DNA of 63,907 bases, filler included, from Choristocarpus tenellus KU-1152 (GCA_964200185.2; 10 parts of 10 records of this genome joined end to end with filler, not necessarily neighbours in it), one strand, 5' to 3'. Counted from the first letter of the whole stretch, positions 35,861-49,869 are shown. Translations and numbers: made by a program. The notes: a model not told the origin generated them from the letters alone.

Positions 35861-36612
35861 CCAGGCACGTTTGCTTCAGCAAAGGGCGAATCAGAGCCAT
35901 GTCCTTGGAGTCGCCCTGAACAGGATCAGCCTGTAGCACCTTCTCAGCCGGATATTGATCTGGGAATTTCTCCACGGTCATCCGCTTGAGACCCATAGGC
36001 TCTTCCTCCTTGCCACCAAAAAGAAACCTTAGGGGACGAATGACGATGTTGGCAGACAATTCGTCGGGGTTAAGCACAGCTCACCGCCTGGGAAGGGTCA
36101 ATATGGACAAAGTGGTGACCGCGGGTTGGGTGGATGTAGATTTGGGCAGATATACCAACACTCTAATGCATTGCATCGCTGGTGCTGTAAAGTGAAGAGA
36201 TGAAATGTCTTCCCTACCATATCCCCACCCGAACATCCTCTCTACGATGTCCTCGGGCTCCCTCTGATTCTCAGAGCTGCCACCTGATCGCAATGTTCCT
36301 ATAGTGCTGGTTCGTCCGACACCATCTTGTTCCCGTACATACTTGAACCTTATTGAGTGGGGATCAGATACGGCTGTGTGGATAGGAGCGTTGATGACCG
36401 TAACGATGTATGGGGTGTTGGAAGAAGGGTGCTTTGTTCAACAAGACAACTCATTTCAGGAATCTCTCGTATCTACATGTAGGTATGCATAGGTCGTGCG
36501 AACATCACCTCGAAAGGCAACCTGGTGCATTCAGCCTTGGTGAAAGGATGAACGAGTTGGCCTGGTTGAATAGAGACAGGGTCAACGGCAAAGCTAAGAT
36601 CAGGACAATCAT
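35861..36612 (-). CDS. Plastid-targeted protein, N-terminal 3 exons (resembles the N-terminal part of algal TLDc-domain proteins)
   Basis: Phase-consistent exons 36612-36522 (MIVLILALPLTLSLFNQANS|FIL: signal peptide plus ASAF-type motif), 36373-36229 and 36027-35861 (ERMFGFLFGGKEEEPMGLKRMTVEKFPDQYPA..PVQGDSKDMALIRPLLKQTCL). Downstream exons not identified. Confidence 0.55.
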
Positions 36613-36795
36613 GACAACGCTTGAGATTATTTAGTCAACTCGTTGAAAGGTGTTGTACTTGGAAATTAAACTTGAACTCTCCAGTCTTAAGGATCAACCA
36701 ATGATCGATAATATATATCCTCCGATAATTCCTGAGACCTATCGGAAACAAGTTGATGTTGGTAACAGTTAACATCATTCAAAACAATAGAAAGT

Positions 36796-38799
36796 GTGTC
36801 ACTCGCCCCTGTCCTGGCACGCTCCACCATGGAGCAAGCAGAAAATACCCCCCTGTGGACACTAGAGAGGATAATAGAGATAGCCGATACGACAGAGGTG
36901 ACAGATTTCTTTGAGGGAGGGTGCAACAATAGGTCTCTCCGCCTAGAGACCCACCAACAAGTACAGGCACAGATGCCTACAAGTGTGGGGGGTCTGGGCC
37001 TCTCCTTTATGAAACACCACCAACATGCAGCTTTCGTAGGATCACTAGTGGCTACTCTCCCCACTCTCCTGGCAAGGCAGCAAGGGCCTCATGGCGAGTC
37101 CTTCTCACAGGCTGTATGTACAAGCCCTACAATACAGGCCTTAGGATCGTCCATACACACTCTCCTTTCTACAGGTATCCCCTTAGAAGACCTGACTGAA
37201 ATTATTGGCCAAGACTGGGTAACCTGGGGGGAAACAGCACCACCTGCACCTTCCCCAGAGGTCCACATCCTGGCAGTTCATGACGCAAGCATCACAAGGA
37301 GGGCTCAGCACGAGATCACACGCCTTCTCAACAGGATTCGTTTCGACTCCTTCAGGACACAACTAGCTGACCTTCCAAATGAGGCACTTACTATGATGTA
37401 TTGACACCCACATGGTCCAAGAAGGTACGATAACTAACTATGGCCAACGCACTCAAGTGCATGCAAAATTAATTGGTCAGTGGCAAGCCCTGAAGAGAGC
37501 CGCGAAGCATCGTTGCTGCCTTTCCCACTCTTTGTCACAACCAAAGGTGGGGTGAACAGAGATGTACAAGGACACAACTGAACCATCACGGTTGTCTAAC
37601 AGAAAGCTCGGATGTGTCAAAGTTAGCACTATATATCCCTTCTTACATCTATATTACTATTATTAATAATAATATCATACAGGAAGGGACGCCAGTACTA
37701 CAATTAGCTTGTTCGAAATGCGCGTCTACACCCTGGCAGAGGGTACATTTCAATCAACCTATATCGCGGGCTGTTAGTTCCAAACAAAGTCTGTGCTTCC
37801 TCCTATGCACTGGTTGCATATTGAGGCAGAAACCTCCTCTTAAGGCATGGTCAATTACCAAGAGCAAAAGCGACAACAGTGCTGGCTTAGAGGAATCTCA
37901 AAGGGTGCCTACCATCAGCCCTTGATACGGTCGTAGAGTCACAGAGCAATAATAAGCCAGCAAAACCAACTGTGTACGCAATACATTAAAAAGAGAGCTA
38001 ACCCAATTGAGAGGTAAGAAGGTTTGTGCCCTTTTGCATTCTAAGCCATCGTTCTTACCCTGTGCAATACGCTCTATTTCATTGCTTTATGTGCACAATA
38101 GTGTACGCAAACATTATTTCCCCCTTTCTACACTCCAACTGACGGCTCAATTCAGGAAAGACTATTTCTGCAATCGTACAAAATGACATATTTTTTACCT
38201 TTCTCGGGATCCTTAAATGAAACTCTGCCCACCTCTCAGTTGGTTCGACTCTTATTGTATGAGGCCAGTCGTCGACCCAGCAATGTTGAAGTAGTGACAG
38301 CATAAACCCGTCCATGTTGCAACATTCCACCTATAGCCAGCTGTGTAAAAAATATTCTTGACACACACACTGATCGCACCATATGGTACGCCACACAGAC
38401 CCGTTCACTCCAAGTAATACCAAATTAATAGTATGTAACACAATAACACTACCCAATATTATAGTGGGCTGTTTCTATTGTTCCTATATTTATTTTCAAT
38501 GAGGCTATTTGTTACTAGATAATATATCTGCTTAATACTACTTCATACTTAGACTATATTATAGTCACACCAAGGGAGGGAAAGCTCTTCATTAGCCCTA
38601 GTGCGCCACCAGAGCCAGTGTGGACAAGGAGCAAACGCCTGGGCCTCGACGCAACCGCTGGAACCAGCATGCCAGATCCCCCTCAGGAATTCAAGCTCAC
38701 AGTCAGCAGATCCCTAGGGAGAGAGGAGGCCCTATCGAACAGGTGCCAAGTGGCAGGGTGCAGGAGGCAAAATGACGATACCAGACATGCCCGCACCTG
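36796..38799 (+). mobile_element. CRE-like non-LTR retrotransposon ORF fragments (post-RT thumb 36796-37390; CCHC knuckle 38565-38799) split by about 1.2 kb of other DNA
   Basis: QAQMPTSVGGLGL....HAAFVGSL (thumb); RCQVAGC...DDTRHART(C) is the CCHC whose tail TRHAHACPRAG starts the 55297(-) copy. Confidence 0.7.
37995..38250. mobile_element. MITE family C, short copy
   Basis: gagctaacccaattgagaggtaag...ctgcccacctctcagttggttcgactc; its interior matches both ends of 28166-28668. Confidence 0.7.
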
Positions 38800-38919
38800 N
38801 NNNNNNNNNNNNNNNNNNNNNNNNNNNNNNNNNNNNNNNNNNNTTAATTAATTAANNNNNNNNNNNNNNNNNNNNNNNNNNNNNNNNNNNNNNNNNNNNA
38901 GCCCGAGGGGGGGGGGGGG

Positions 38920-39087
38920 GGGGGGGGGGGGCTGTCTACACCAGGGAGTCCATATTGGTCCTGACCAGGAGAAGTGCACTTACATTATCCGTCCGATGTA
39001 TGCAACCAAATCACCCAAAAATCGCGACATGAAAAAATTGAACCCAAATGGACAGCCGCCAACCCCCCCCCCAGATACTTTAAACCT
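38920..39087. mobile_element. MITE family A (left end lost at gap)
   Basis: Collinear with 59457-59638; ends ccccagatactttaaacc. Confidence 0.75.
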
Positions 39088-39242
39088 AATTATATTCATA
39101 CTCTGAAGTAGTATTGCCGCTTCCAGCCAGTAGGATGTATCCAACCTAAAACGTCTCCTCCTGAACCCTCTCATTCACCACCTCTATCCTCCTCTTTTGA
39201 TCATTACCATTGTTGTGGTCTTGGTGATGTCTGCTTACGTAC

Positions 39243-41584
39243 CTTGAGTCTTTTTTTTCTTCTGGCCACACGGATGCGCCTCAGGTCAGTGTGGTCTTGT
39301 GGTAGGACCCCCGGCAATTCTGCCGTGTTTCCATGCTCCTCATCACTCCCAGAATTGTCATCATTGCTTTGCAGCTGCTCGAGCAACGGCACATGTACCA
39401 CCAGGGGCATTTATCACCCCAAGGATGGAAAGGATGCAATGGATGCAATGCTAATCGTTATAGCTGCATTCATGTACTGTTTCAACCAAGAAGAGGTACT
39501 GACTATATCAGAGCATATAGAATAGAGGTGATGTCGGGTATTGGCAAGTGAAAAACAAGGGGAACGTAGGAATGGAAATCTGTTCTTACTTTAATGTGCA
39601 ACTATGATTTAGGTGAAGGTGAGATGGAGGGAGGGGGAAGCAGGGGGCAAGAGGAGAGGAGGCGATTCTGAAAGGGGTCTGAGGGCCCAACAAACCTTCC
39701 CATTTTTCTCTCTGTTGGTGAGGTGATGAGTGAGGCATTCAGTAGATGGCACAGAGATTGCACAGAGATGCCCTGGGGGAGACAATCGGTCCACTATCAA
39801 TGAGGACAGTTTTTTTCAGGAGTTCCATGGGTCTCTTGCAGGGATTTGAGGTTGAACGGACCTTTTCAAAGCCAGAGCAGCCTAGAGGGGGTTATGATAG
39901 ACTCATAGAGATCTCCGGAAGGGCCTTCTTTCCGTTTCTATGATCCATTGTACGTCCCTTCACCCTTGAAACCATGATGATGTAAGACAAACCTCTACCC
40001 AGACGGAATCATAGCTTCTTCCACTGGCACAGGAACCAAACAGAACATACATTCATTTTCAGCATAGAAATGGGGGGCCAGGCACAATGTTTAAGAGGCC
40101 TTGAGATTCAAATAGTCCGAAACCTACACCACCACTCTAGAATACTTTGGCTCTCTATGCCCAAAACTCAGGCAGGCACTCCACCACACACAATGCACTC
40201 CATTGTACTGCAGAGTGTATACTATTCTCATAGGTCACTTCGCCCTCTAGAGCATACAATATACTTAGGAGCAAGAAGTGGCATTGATTGCACTGATGCA
40301 GATACACCTACATAGTTTAGTTCTTCCTGCTTAAGGGCAGTTTATTAGTAGGGGGACAAAATAATATATCAAATTAAGCAATTATTGCCCCAAACAAGGG
40401 TCAGTGTTCTCTTCTTCTAAAATAGATGCATTTTATTTTTATTTTTATTTTTATTTTTATTTTTTTGTAGGCGGTTTGCTGACTAATCCGTAGAACCTTA
40501 TTTCCCACTCTCTGCCAGCTTGGAAATAGACCGTTGGGCGAAGTGGTGTATTGTTGTACACTTACAAGAAAAATACTGCAATAATATATTACAACGACTC
40601 TACAAGTAAGGTCAAGACCAAACATGAACAGCCTCTTCCTCAGCCGTACTGTACTATTGACTAAGCAAAAACTCGGTTTTGAACACTGAGCAGGGAAAAA
40701 GCCTGATTGAGGCTATGCTGCTCTGAACAAGCGGCGCAGCCTAAGGAGAGGATCAAAACAAGCAAACCGAAGAATAGATGTCACACAGAGATGGCTACTG
40801 CGTGTCGTTCATGTCAGGTAGAAATTAACATATATATGTCTGTATGTATCCCAGAGCACTCCGGAGCAAAAAAACTTAAATATAGTTTGAGTTTTTCAGA
40901 GGAATATGGTCTTTGCGACGACCTTACTTCCAAAAAGGCGACTTGTTCTCTGTTTCTGTTTGGATTCCGAATGCATGTACTAGTATGTTTTTTTCACCTA
41001 TCACGGCAGCAGCATCACCATTTCATTCACTAATCAACATCTTCGCATCATACATTACGTATATAACCTTGCAAGAGGGAGCACTGTTGTCACATCTTCC
41101 CCGTCCTCGTTTTGTAATGAGGGGTCAACCCTCCCCCAGCCAGGATTGCTCGTAGGTTCCGCTCTGCATTGCTGCTACACTGGATTTTGCGTGTTGATGA
41201 TGCCACCATGTACTCGAGTATATTGACAGTGCGAAAATTTCAAATGTTGAAACTCATAAAAAAAAGGTATTCCAGCAAGCATTGCCCAATACAGTTCCCA
41301 CACCTACAAAAACCATGCATCTTCTTCTTTTTTTTTCTTTCTGGAGGTGGTTTACAAAGACCTATGGGTTATGCAAAAGATACAACTCTACTACATGCCT
41401 CAATCATTGATCAAACCCAAGCGAGGGCGTGAGGGAGTGCAATCCGTCAATCGTTACAGACACAGAGGACGAGGTAAGTGCCCTCACGCCCGCCCAATGG
41501 GTACAAAGACTATACAGGTGGATCCTATCAACTCTTTCCATCAACTCAACAAATGCAGAACCAATCGCTTCCCGTGCAATGCAT
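39243..41584 (-). CDS. Possible exons of an unidentified gene
   Basis: AG/GT-bounded open segments at about 41584-41488 (CIAREAIGSAFVELMERVDRIHLYSLCTHWAG), 41175-41068 and 39374-39243 (..DLRRIRVARRKKRLK). Phases are not fully reconciled and no domain is recognisable. Confidence 0.3.
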
Positions 41585-42227
41585 CTTAGTTCGTGACAAG
41601 GACACACACCAAGTAAGACCCGAACAAATCGCACAGCCCGTCCCTAATCCTCCGCCCTCTGTCTACATAACCTTTTTTGTTTGTTTGTGCATCCGATCCT
41701 CTATAGCTCCAGTCACAATCCCATCCCCTGACTAAATCTCACCAGCACTGAAGTAGCCAGTGAGATACACACACCCTTCAGCTGTTTCACCCTACGTGTA
41801 CATTTTGTTTTTAACCCCCTATGCAACGCACCTCACCTAGTGATTACGTTTTACTACACAAACGTAGGTCCCCCAAACCAAAACGAGGGCGTTGCTTGCA
41901 GGAGAGAGACTGACAAACAACCAAAAACCACCACCACCACCACCCCCCCCCCCCCCCCCCCCCCCCCCCCCACCCCCCCCCCCCCCCCCCCCCCCCCAAC
42001 CAGCCAAAAAAAAAAAGGGNNNNNNNNNNNNNNNNNNNNNNNNNNNNNNNNNNNNNNNNNNNNTTAATTAATTAANNNNNNNNNNNNNNNNNNNNNNNNN
42101 NNNNNNNNNNNNNNNNNNNCCCCCAGATACTTTGAGCCAGAGCGTCACCATAAATTCGTGTCAGGTTTTCATCAGTTTCCTCCCTTATTCACTTTTCTAC
42201 AAATGTGAAGTACAATGAGCTTATCAC

Positions 42228-45200
42228 CTGCATGCAGAGGCCAGACCGGGCATCCCACAGAGATACAGTCTTGTCCCCTGATCCTGTGCAGATGCTATTG
42301 GTGAAAGGTTGCCAGCAAATACTGTTAACTGAATCCACATGGCCTCGGAAAGTCTGTCGGCAACGCTGGCTGGAAATATCCCACAGGCGGGCTGTGTGAT
42401 CCCTACCGGGAGGTATGAAACGGCAGGAGTGGTGAATTAGCTTATTTACAAGGCCTACCTTCGTCTTCCAGTTGAAGCAAGTGCATGTTGTCTTTGAGGC
42501 CATCCAAATCGTTCATTTTTGTTGAAGAGAGTTGTGTCCTCATAATTTCTAAATATTGCTGTGTAGGTGACAAGTCTATGGTAAATCAAGAGCTTCTATT
42601 TGAAATGACCAACGGAAAACCAAGTGTTAGATTAGCAGTTAATATGGACACCTCATGATAGTATGATAGTAGTGTCCATAACCTATCCTGCCCAACCATG
42701 GCGTTAACGTGCGAGCACTATCATGAAATGTCGCACATGGAGCAGGAAGCCAGGAAATCGCCTGTGTGGTGGAAAGCCACACCCCAGACAGCCTGTGTAT
42801 GGTCCGTGAAGGTCACTGCACAGCTGGCCTAGAGGGAACAAGGTTTGGCATGAACGGAGGGGTGCAATGATATATTTTTCAACAGGGTAGATTGGAAAAT
42901 CTACAGGCTGGAAGCAGGGGATATATGTCATGTAGACCACAAGCTATATTTTACCAAGAGAAGGATACATAAGATGAATCAATGGGCGGCTTCCAAATGA
43001 AAGGAGTAGAACACCTATTGAAATTCGTGCAAAAACGAAACATTCCATCCTGCACTACACACACTGCAGTCCCGCACAACATACCCATAGATATCCATGG
43101 ATAGTCGGATGACTTGCCTCCATCATCACTTGCAGACACTCCAACAGCACTACCATTTTTCCTCACGATGAGAGCCCCAAGCCCATTGGGTGAGAAATTT
43201 ATCACAGAGTGATTTTTGTTGAGCGAGATATACCTTAGAAAAATCCCACAGCTTGACTGTGTTATCACCAGAACCGGTCACTAGCATAGTGCCTTGAGGG
43301 TGAAAGTCTACGCCAGCTATCCAGTCGCGGTGTCCCTCCCCACTCATGACAAGGTCGCAGTTGGGCACCGACCATATCTTCCATGATTCATCATCGCTCA
43401 CGCTTGCAATGATGGCCTGCATTGTTGAGGGTTCGTTGGAGTAAGCAAGCTATTACAGAGGTTCAACAGAACACAATGAAACGCAAGTTGGGTTTTTCAA
43501 AAGTGTTTTTTGTTTGCATTTTTTAATGGCATATGTGTGTATCTCGACTACCAGAGCATATGAGACAGGGGGTTTTCTTTTGTTGGGTCACAGTGTCCAA
43601 GAGGAGAGTCTATTTAGGCCCCTGTGAGTTCAAGGGCTTGTAAGATTTCTGCCTGACATCCCCATTCCCACTCCCAAGATCCACGTAACCCTCATCAGGG
43701 GGCTGTGAAGAGGAGAGGAATGTTCATCCCTGCAAGCGTGAGTTCTCCCCAGAGATCTAGGAGCAATTGTACCAGAAGATAGCCCCTTACTCGCAATGGA
43801 ACCCCTTCCTAGGATAGTGAGGCTTGTTAAGAGATACCAGTGCATCGTAGCTGTACCTCTGTTGTGAACGATCAGGAGTGTGCCTATCAGTTCAATGTGG
43901 CTCCAGCAGGAGGGAACATGATATTCCACTCCAGAATAAGATAGTATCAACCATGAGAGGCATGTATAGTGTTTCTAGGGGGCAGAAAACCAGTGTTTAG
44001 CACTTTGCAAGAATTATGGTGGATTATCACTTTACCCTCTCATCTCTACCACTTCAAACCTTGCGGGGGTGGAAGGCTACAGCTGACACGGAGTTGAGGT
44101 GTCCCTTGAAACTTTTCTTCAGTGCGAATCGTTCCACGGGTGGAGGCTCGAACATCAGGTCCAGAAAGGGGTTCTCTACCTGGAGACATTGTTAACCCCA
44201 AAAATATAGTGACTCGATTAGGTGGACAGGGTTGGAATCAGACAGATGTTAATTTGCTTTAAGTCGGAAGAGGATTCCATCTTATTCAGAGGTGCTGGTT
44301 TGTGCATCATGGTGTTGATGTTCATGTCAGGGTATGGTTGTGTTGAAATGACAATAGAAAGTGTTTGATGACCCTAAGCAATACTTCACTTACACCAAAA
44401 CAAATGGATCCTTGGGACAATGAGGTTGTGTGAGGTAAAGAAAAGGATTAGGTTCATGACTTAACAAGGTCAAGTCCACCTCATACTTGACAAAAGATGA
44501 TATTGAGGCCCATTGCTACCTTTGAACAGTGAGCCCTGAATCTACAAGTTGGGGCAATTGTGCAAAAGGGAAACAATGAGGAACGCTGAAGAGTGAAAGT
44601 ATCTTAGAGGGTACGAGTTTTGCCATTTGCGGCTTGGCTTCCCATTTTTTTTAATGACATTTTCCTACTCCAAAATGTTTAGGAGTAGGAAAATGTATAC
44701 ATTGTGAAAAGGTGTGTCCGAAACATAGATATTGACACTTCCTAACAAATACGATAGCCAAAATTATATCAAAATCGCAACATTGGATTTTGAGCCCCAA
44801 ATGGATGCGGTTCTACCCTCTAAGATACTTTGACTCTAAGTGTATCTACATCAGGAAGTCGTTGGTAACAGCACAACTAGACAATTAGGCAGGTGGTATC
44901 CTCACATTTGTAGCTAATGATACCAGCAATATCGTTTCAGTGTCCTGCACTGTAGTCTGATATACATGTTGACAACGATTTGCCCATGATGGAACCATAT
45001 TTTCCCATTGAAGTTTGCAAATAAAGTGAACTGGTGGCACATAGAATTTGGAGGACGTCAAAGGATTCCCACACTTCCGATTTCTTCCTGTACTGCACTA
45101 CTCAATAGATAGAAGCACAAACATATCTGATTGTAAGCCCATGACTGTCTCTTACCGTATCTTCAGATGGCAACCTAGAGTCATTCCTACGTCGTACTCC

Positions 45201-48200
45201 CATAGTGGGCTGTTGTCCCTTGGATTTTGGGAGAGTTGAAGCCTGCCCTAGGAGTCCACGTGTACTACCTTCCCCTCTTGCTCCGTGTCCTGCCAGGGCA
45301 CGTTCTTCCTTTAATTGATTTTGATGTAAGAAGGCAAAGGTATGGGGTGGGGAAGAATTCTATTGCATTTTTTCGAGGTATGATGTTCAGTTATGGTGTG
45401 TAAGTAGTAGGGTTTAAGTGGTTGTTTATTGTCAAACGGTTCACTTGCTGAGGTAGAAAACAGCTTTAAATGTATAGTGCCCAATCATTGAAGGGCATAC
45501 TTAGCTCGACTGGTGAACAAATTCAACACACGGTGAACCTATCAGGGCACTCAATCTTGTACTGCATAGTCCTGCTTATTGAGACATGATGCCTCCGACA
45601 ATTTCTTTTGTCTACCCATGGAAAACCATACCATCACACATATTATGGTGAATGTTGTGAGCAATTCTGGAGGATATTGTGATGTTTATTCTGCAAATCC
45701 TTGCCATTTGGGTAGCATCTTACATCAAGTGGTATGTGGATAAATAATGCACACGGTCAAGAGATACCATTTTGAGATGTGATCTAGCGCATATTGTGCT
45801 TCATTCGACGTTGCTTGTGTTGAACAGGTGATCCCTATGAAACGTTTGTCTATTGTGGCGATTGTGAGTCTATCCCATCTCAGTCTTGTCTCCAATATAG
45901 CTCAGGCAAATGCTTGTAGCCCCCAAAGATTTGAAAGTAGATGGGGAAAACATTGATGATAATGAGTGCAGTCAAAGAAATTTCAAATTAGACAGCTGTG
46001 GCAACTTGTTGCTTTTTCAGCTGGATCCTGTCAGACGACTACCCTGAATTTGAGTATTGTAACTTCAAAGTATCAATAACACAATCCGTGAAGGTTAGAT
46101 ATTTTGGGTGTAATTCTCACCAGCTGGATATATTTATTCAATCAAAACAGAAGGATCTGTATAATACTTGAACTTTGTAGGTCTAAATTTTCAACACTCA
46201 ACGTACATGCGATCATTTCCACTGGTTTACTGAACAGTATTTCCTTTGCACCCATCACACCAGCCGTTGTAAGTCGGTCATTAGGTGTATATGTATGTTC
46301 TTATATAATCGTTGAGACAATGCCCAGACACTTACTCCAGTGTTTCCACTTGAAACGCTTCCAAACAAAGTTGCCCACCTGCATGTGCTTCATCTGGCTA
46401 TCCATTGCTTCCATCCTCGCCTTTATTCGGTCGCGCTCAAGCTTTGTTAGCATCTTCTCCTTCATTGCCACCTACTTGATAGCAACAATCCAACCACATG
46501 GAAATGTTTACCATTTTGAGAATGCCATTTGATATTTACGGAGGGTGCAAGAATATTCCACCAGCAAGTTTCTATTTGGAATTGCTCCAATGTGCTATTT
46601 GGTTGATACTGACTGACCATACACTGTTTACACCACCAGCTCCTACCTCCAAGTAACACAATCACTAGGAACTCAAACTCCGCTGTCACAATCGAGATGT
46701 TGGTGAAACCTAGTTCATATGACAAGCCCTAAGGCACAAAATAGGACATGCCATGGGAAACATGAGATATTGCTACGGCCAAGAACTACTTCACCATGCC
46801 CTCTACCTCTCCTCTTCCCTACCTGATACTTCCGCTCAAGCTCCTTGAGAGTAGGCTCATAGGCTTTAAAGCTCTTCTTCAAACGTTTCAGGTCCAGTAT
46901 CAATTTTTGTTTCTCCTGCAGGGCAATGTCACATTCTTGAGGTCAAACATTTGTTACTTGCGCATAATGCCATCCAGGCAGGATGAAGACCCGTAGGATT
47001 GAGTATGTTGAATGCAATCGTGCCATGTGTGGGACTAGGATACCTCATTCAATGAAATCTTTTGGCTGTGAATGCCCATAGTGCGTTGATCCAAGATGGG
47101 GTTGTGACCAGGTGACTCTATCACTGAATGGGGCGACATGTTGCTGGTATATTGAGGGTTGTGAAGGGTCCCGGACTGAACGTATTTTGTCGAGTGGCAA
47201 GACTGCTGAAGCTGTGCGGAGTACCTCATCATCTTGGAATAATCCTGAATGAAATCAAACAGATTAGCATGAAAGAATTGTATAGCCCTACAAAATAATT
47301 AGCTTATGAGGCCTGATGGCAATATATTTCGAGGGGTGTCCTCTTATCCCAACATATAATTAATGAGAGGGTGCTTTGAACCCTCCAAGGGTAAGCTCTT
47401 ATGATATGATATTTTATTCTCTTGCACCCAATCTTCACCATTGGGAGGTGCCCTGGTCTCATATACGATAGTGTGTATAAGGAAGGACTGGGTGTGAGAT
47501 ACATGGAGAAATAGTTGGGTACAGTTCAAAGGTTCAACACACCATAGACGGCTTTGGTCATATATCCAAGGAAAGTACTTGGCAATGCTTTGTTGATGAA
47601 ATCTAATTGTATTACAGAGTACATGCAAAAGCTGATATGCACTTGTTACTGAGTAGAAGTATTAAGTGATGCACTAATGTATCTTCCTCTGATTGAAGGA
47701 CTAGGTGTTAAAAGCAAGTACACAAGAGCTGACAACAAAGGGCACCGCAGTCACATCTACAACCCAACAGCAATTCAACTCAAATACCAAGGGCGATTCT
47801 TCGTTTTCATTCCCTAATCTTTTACAAACCCTGTTGCCTGCAGGACAATAGCATGAAGGTATCATTGCTGAGCCATTGTCGAACCTGGACTACCCGCTTA
47901 TGGTGCATGCGATGGAAATCCCTCTCCTTGCGAAACTTGTCCCAGGTTCCTTGTGCTCGTGTTGCAATCTCCTGCATCTTTGATAGTTGTTGTCGTAGGG
48001 CCACGACCTGAACAGTAGCGATCATTGATGGAGATGAAATTGAACAGGTGAGGCGGCAGAGAAAATTATTGCAAAGGTGACAGAACTCTCTCAACTCTCT
48101 GACAGGAATTATAGCTTGGAAGCCAAAGTATCTTAGAGGGTAGAGCCGCGTCCATTTGAGGGCTAAAATCCAATGTTGTGATTTTGATGTAATATTGGCC

Positions 48201-49559
48201 ATCGTGTCTGTTAGGAAGTACCAATATCCATGTTTTGGACACACATTTTCATAGTGTACACACTTTCCCTACTCTGAAACATTTTGGAGTAGGAAAATGT
48301 CATAAAAGAACCCATGGGAAGCCAAGCCCCAAATGGACAAACAGGGCAAAACTCATACCCTCTAAGATACTTTCACTCTTGGTCTGTTCCTGAGAAGTAG
48401 TGCCTAAAGACTTCAGAGTGCGCCCTAATGAAGTGTATATGTGGACTTGAGTGAAGAACAAACAACTAGATGACTAAAGAGAACAAGGCGTTTGACTCTG
48501 GTCTAAATGGGGGATGTGAATCTGCAACGTATCTGCGTGGAACCACTACTACATACCTGTTCATCAAGCTCTTGATTCCGCAAATAGATGTCTGGTACTT
48601 TCGTGGTGTATTCCTCACTGAGCCGACCCTTTGCCTGAAGTTCATACCACTCAGTATTGAAGGAGTCTAATGTACGAGTCATGCCCACCTTGATCAAGAA
48701 GTTGCGAATGAAGTCATCCACAACTGACGGACGAACCTGAAAATCGTGCCCCGTCCAGGTTCGGCTGTCATTATTTTTAGTCGATTTTGTTCACAGACTG
48801 TAGCATAGATGTGTTTGATGAAAAAGAGGCAGATACAAAGGTGCCACTATCCCAAGCCTAAACTAAAGTCTGGAAATAGCAACAATCTCATTACAAAACC
48901 CCCACAAGTTGATGCCTTTGTGCGAAATATATTTTGAAGTCCCTGTGGCCAAATGCGGGTGGTTGACCCCAGTAGCCTTTCTAACCATCCGCAGCAGTAG
49001 AGTTTACCTGCGTAATAACTGTGCCCTCTGGTGCTGGTCCACCTTCACTTCCCCCTTCCTCGCTTTCTCCCCTTCCAGTCTTGCTAGTACCATTGGTGGA
49101 TCGTTCTCCTCCTTTCCCATCCCTCTTCCTCTGGATGGTGGCTAGCGCTGCAGCGAGATCCTCATCCTCCTCATCGTCCTCTTCGGATAAATCCTCCTAA
49201 TAGAATGGGCAAGATTTGCCTGAAAGAGTCAAAAGTTCAATACTACTTGGCTGTGGTGCGTGAGTATAGTATTGATTTGTCACAAGAAGACAATGAAGAT
49301 GTCTAATCCAATGCACAAAGACCCAAGTGATAGAATGCTGCTGCTGTTCTAACTATTAATTGACGATGCCTCCCTGGTTACTGACAACCTCTGTGCATAC
49401 ATTAGGGGATTTTTCCTAGACATTCGAAATCCACAGCAGAGCGATCTGTTTCTTGAGATTCAAGTCCACCTCCACACCCCCGTAGTCAAAATTTTCGTCT
49501 TCCGAGTCGCTCAGCTCCACTCTCTCAAAGACTGCCCTTTCATCCTCGCCATCTGCCAT
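42228..49559 (-). CDS. SPAG16: Sperm-associated antigen 16 / PF20 central-pair WD40 protein (3' end off the contig)
   Basis: 11 phase-consistent exons: 49559-49470, 49196-49008, 48736-48557, 48007-47885, 46915-46823, 46471-46379, 45308-45156, 44179-44060, 43416-43234, 42828-42737, 42402-42228. Hallmarks: VVDDFIRNFLIKVGMTRTLDSFNTEWYEL, KFRKERDFHRMHHKRVVQEK, MKEKML.KLERDR, then WD40 repeats (GHRDWIAGVDFHP, TFRGHVDSVN). Confidence 0.95.
44591..44836. mobile_element. MITE family B, intronic
   Basis: Full TIRs; flanks gaa/taa (one mismatch). Confidence 0.88.
48119..48378. mobile_element. MITE family B, opposite orientation, intronic
   Basis: caaagtatcttagagggtag...taccctctaagatactttcactc; flanks ttg/ttg if the left end is taken at 48119. 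Confidence 0.88.
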
Positions 49560-49869
49560 ACCGTCAAGGATCTCTCTACTTTCAGTCCATCAATTACTTG
49601 AAGGATTAGATCAGGAGTTAGTTGCTCTGTCCAAAGGCTTGCTATGTTCCGTCGTTTGTTGCGTTCGTGAACATGCTGCCCTGTAGGACGGGATGACAAA
49701 GCCTCGAACTTCGTAACGCCATTTAACTTTTAACTTTAAAGCTACGCTACTATAGTTAGAGAATTTTTTGGTCGAGTTGCTCAAAAAGTTAATATGATGC
49801 AGCAAATCCAGTGAAACCACTGACAGGACTCTCGGACGCTAGTTACCACAACGAAAGAGATTGTGGGTG
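49560..49869. promoter_or_regulatory. Putative bidirectional promoter between SPAG16 and DNAH1
   Basis: 310 bp separate the two divergent predicted ATGs; the stretch is free of the repeats seen elsewhere. Confidence 0.55.
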
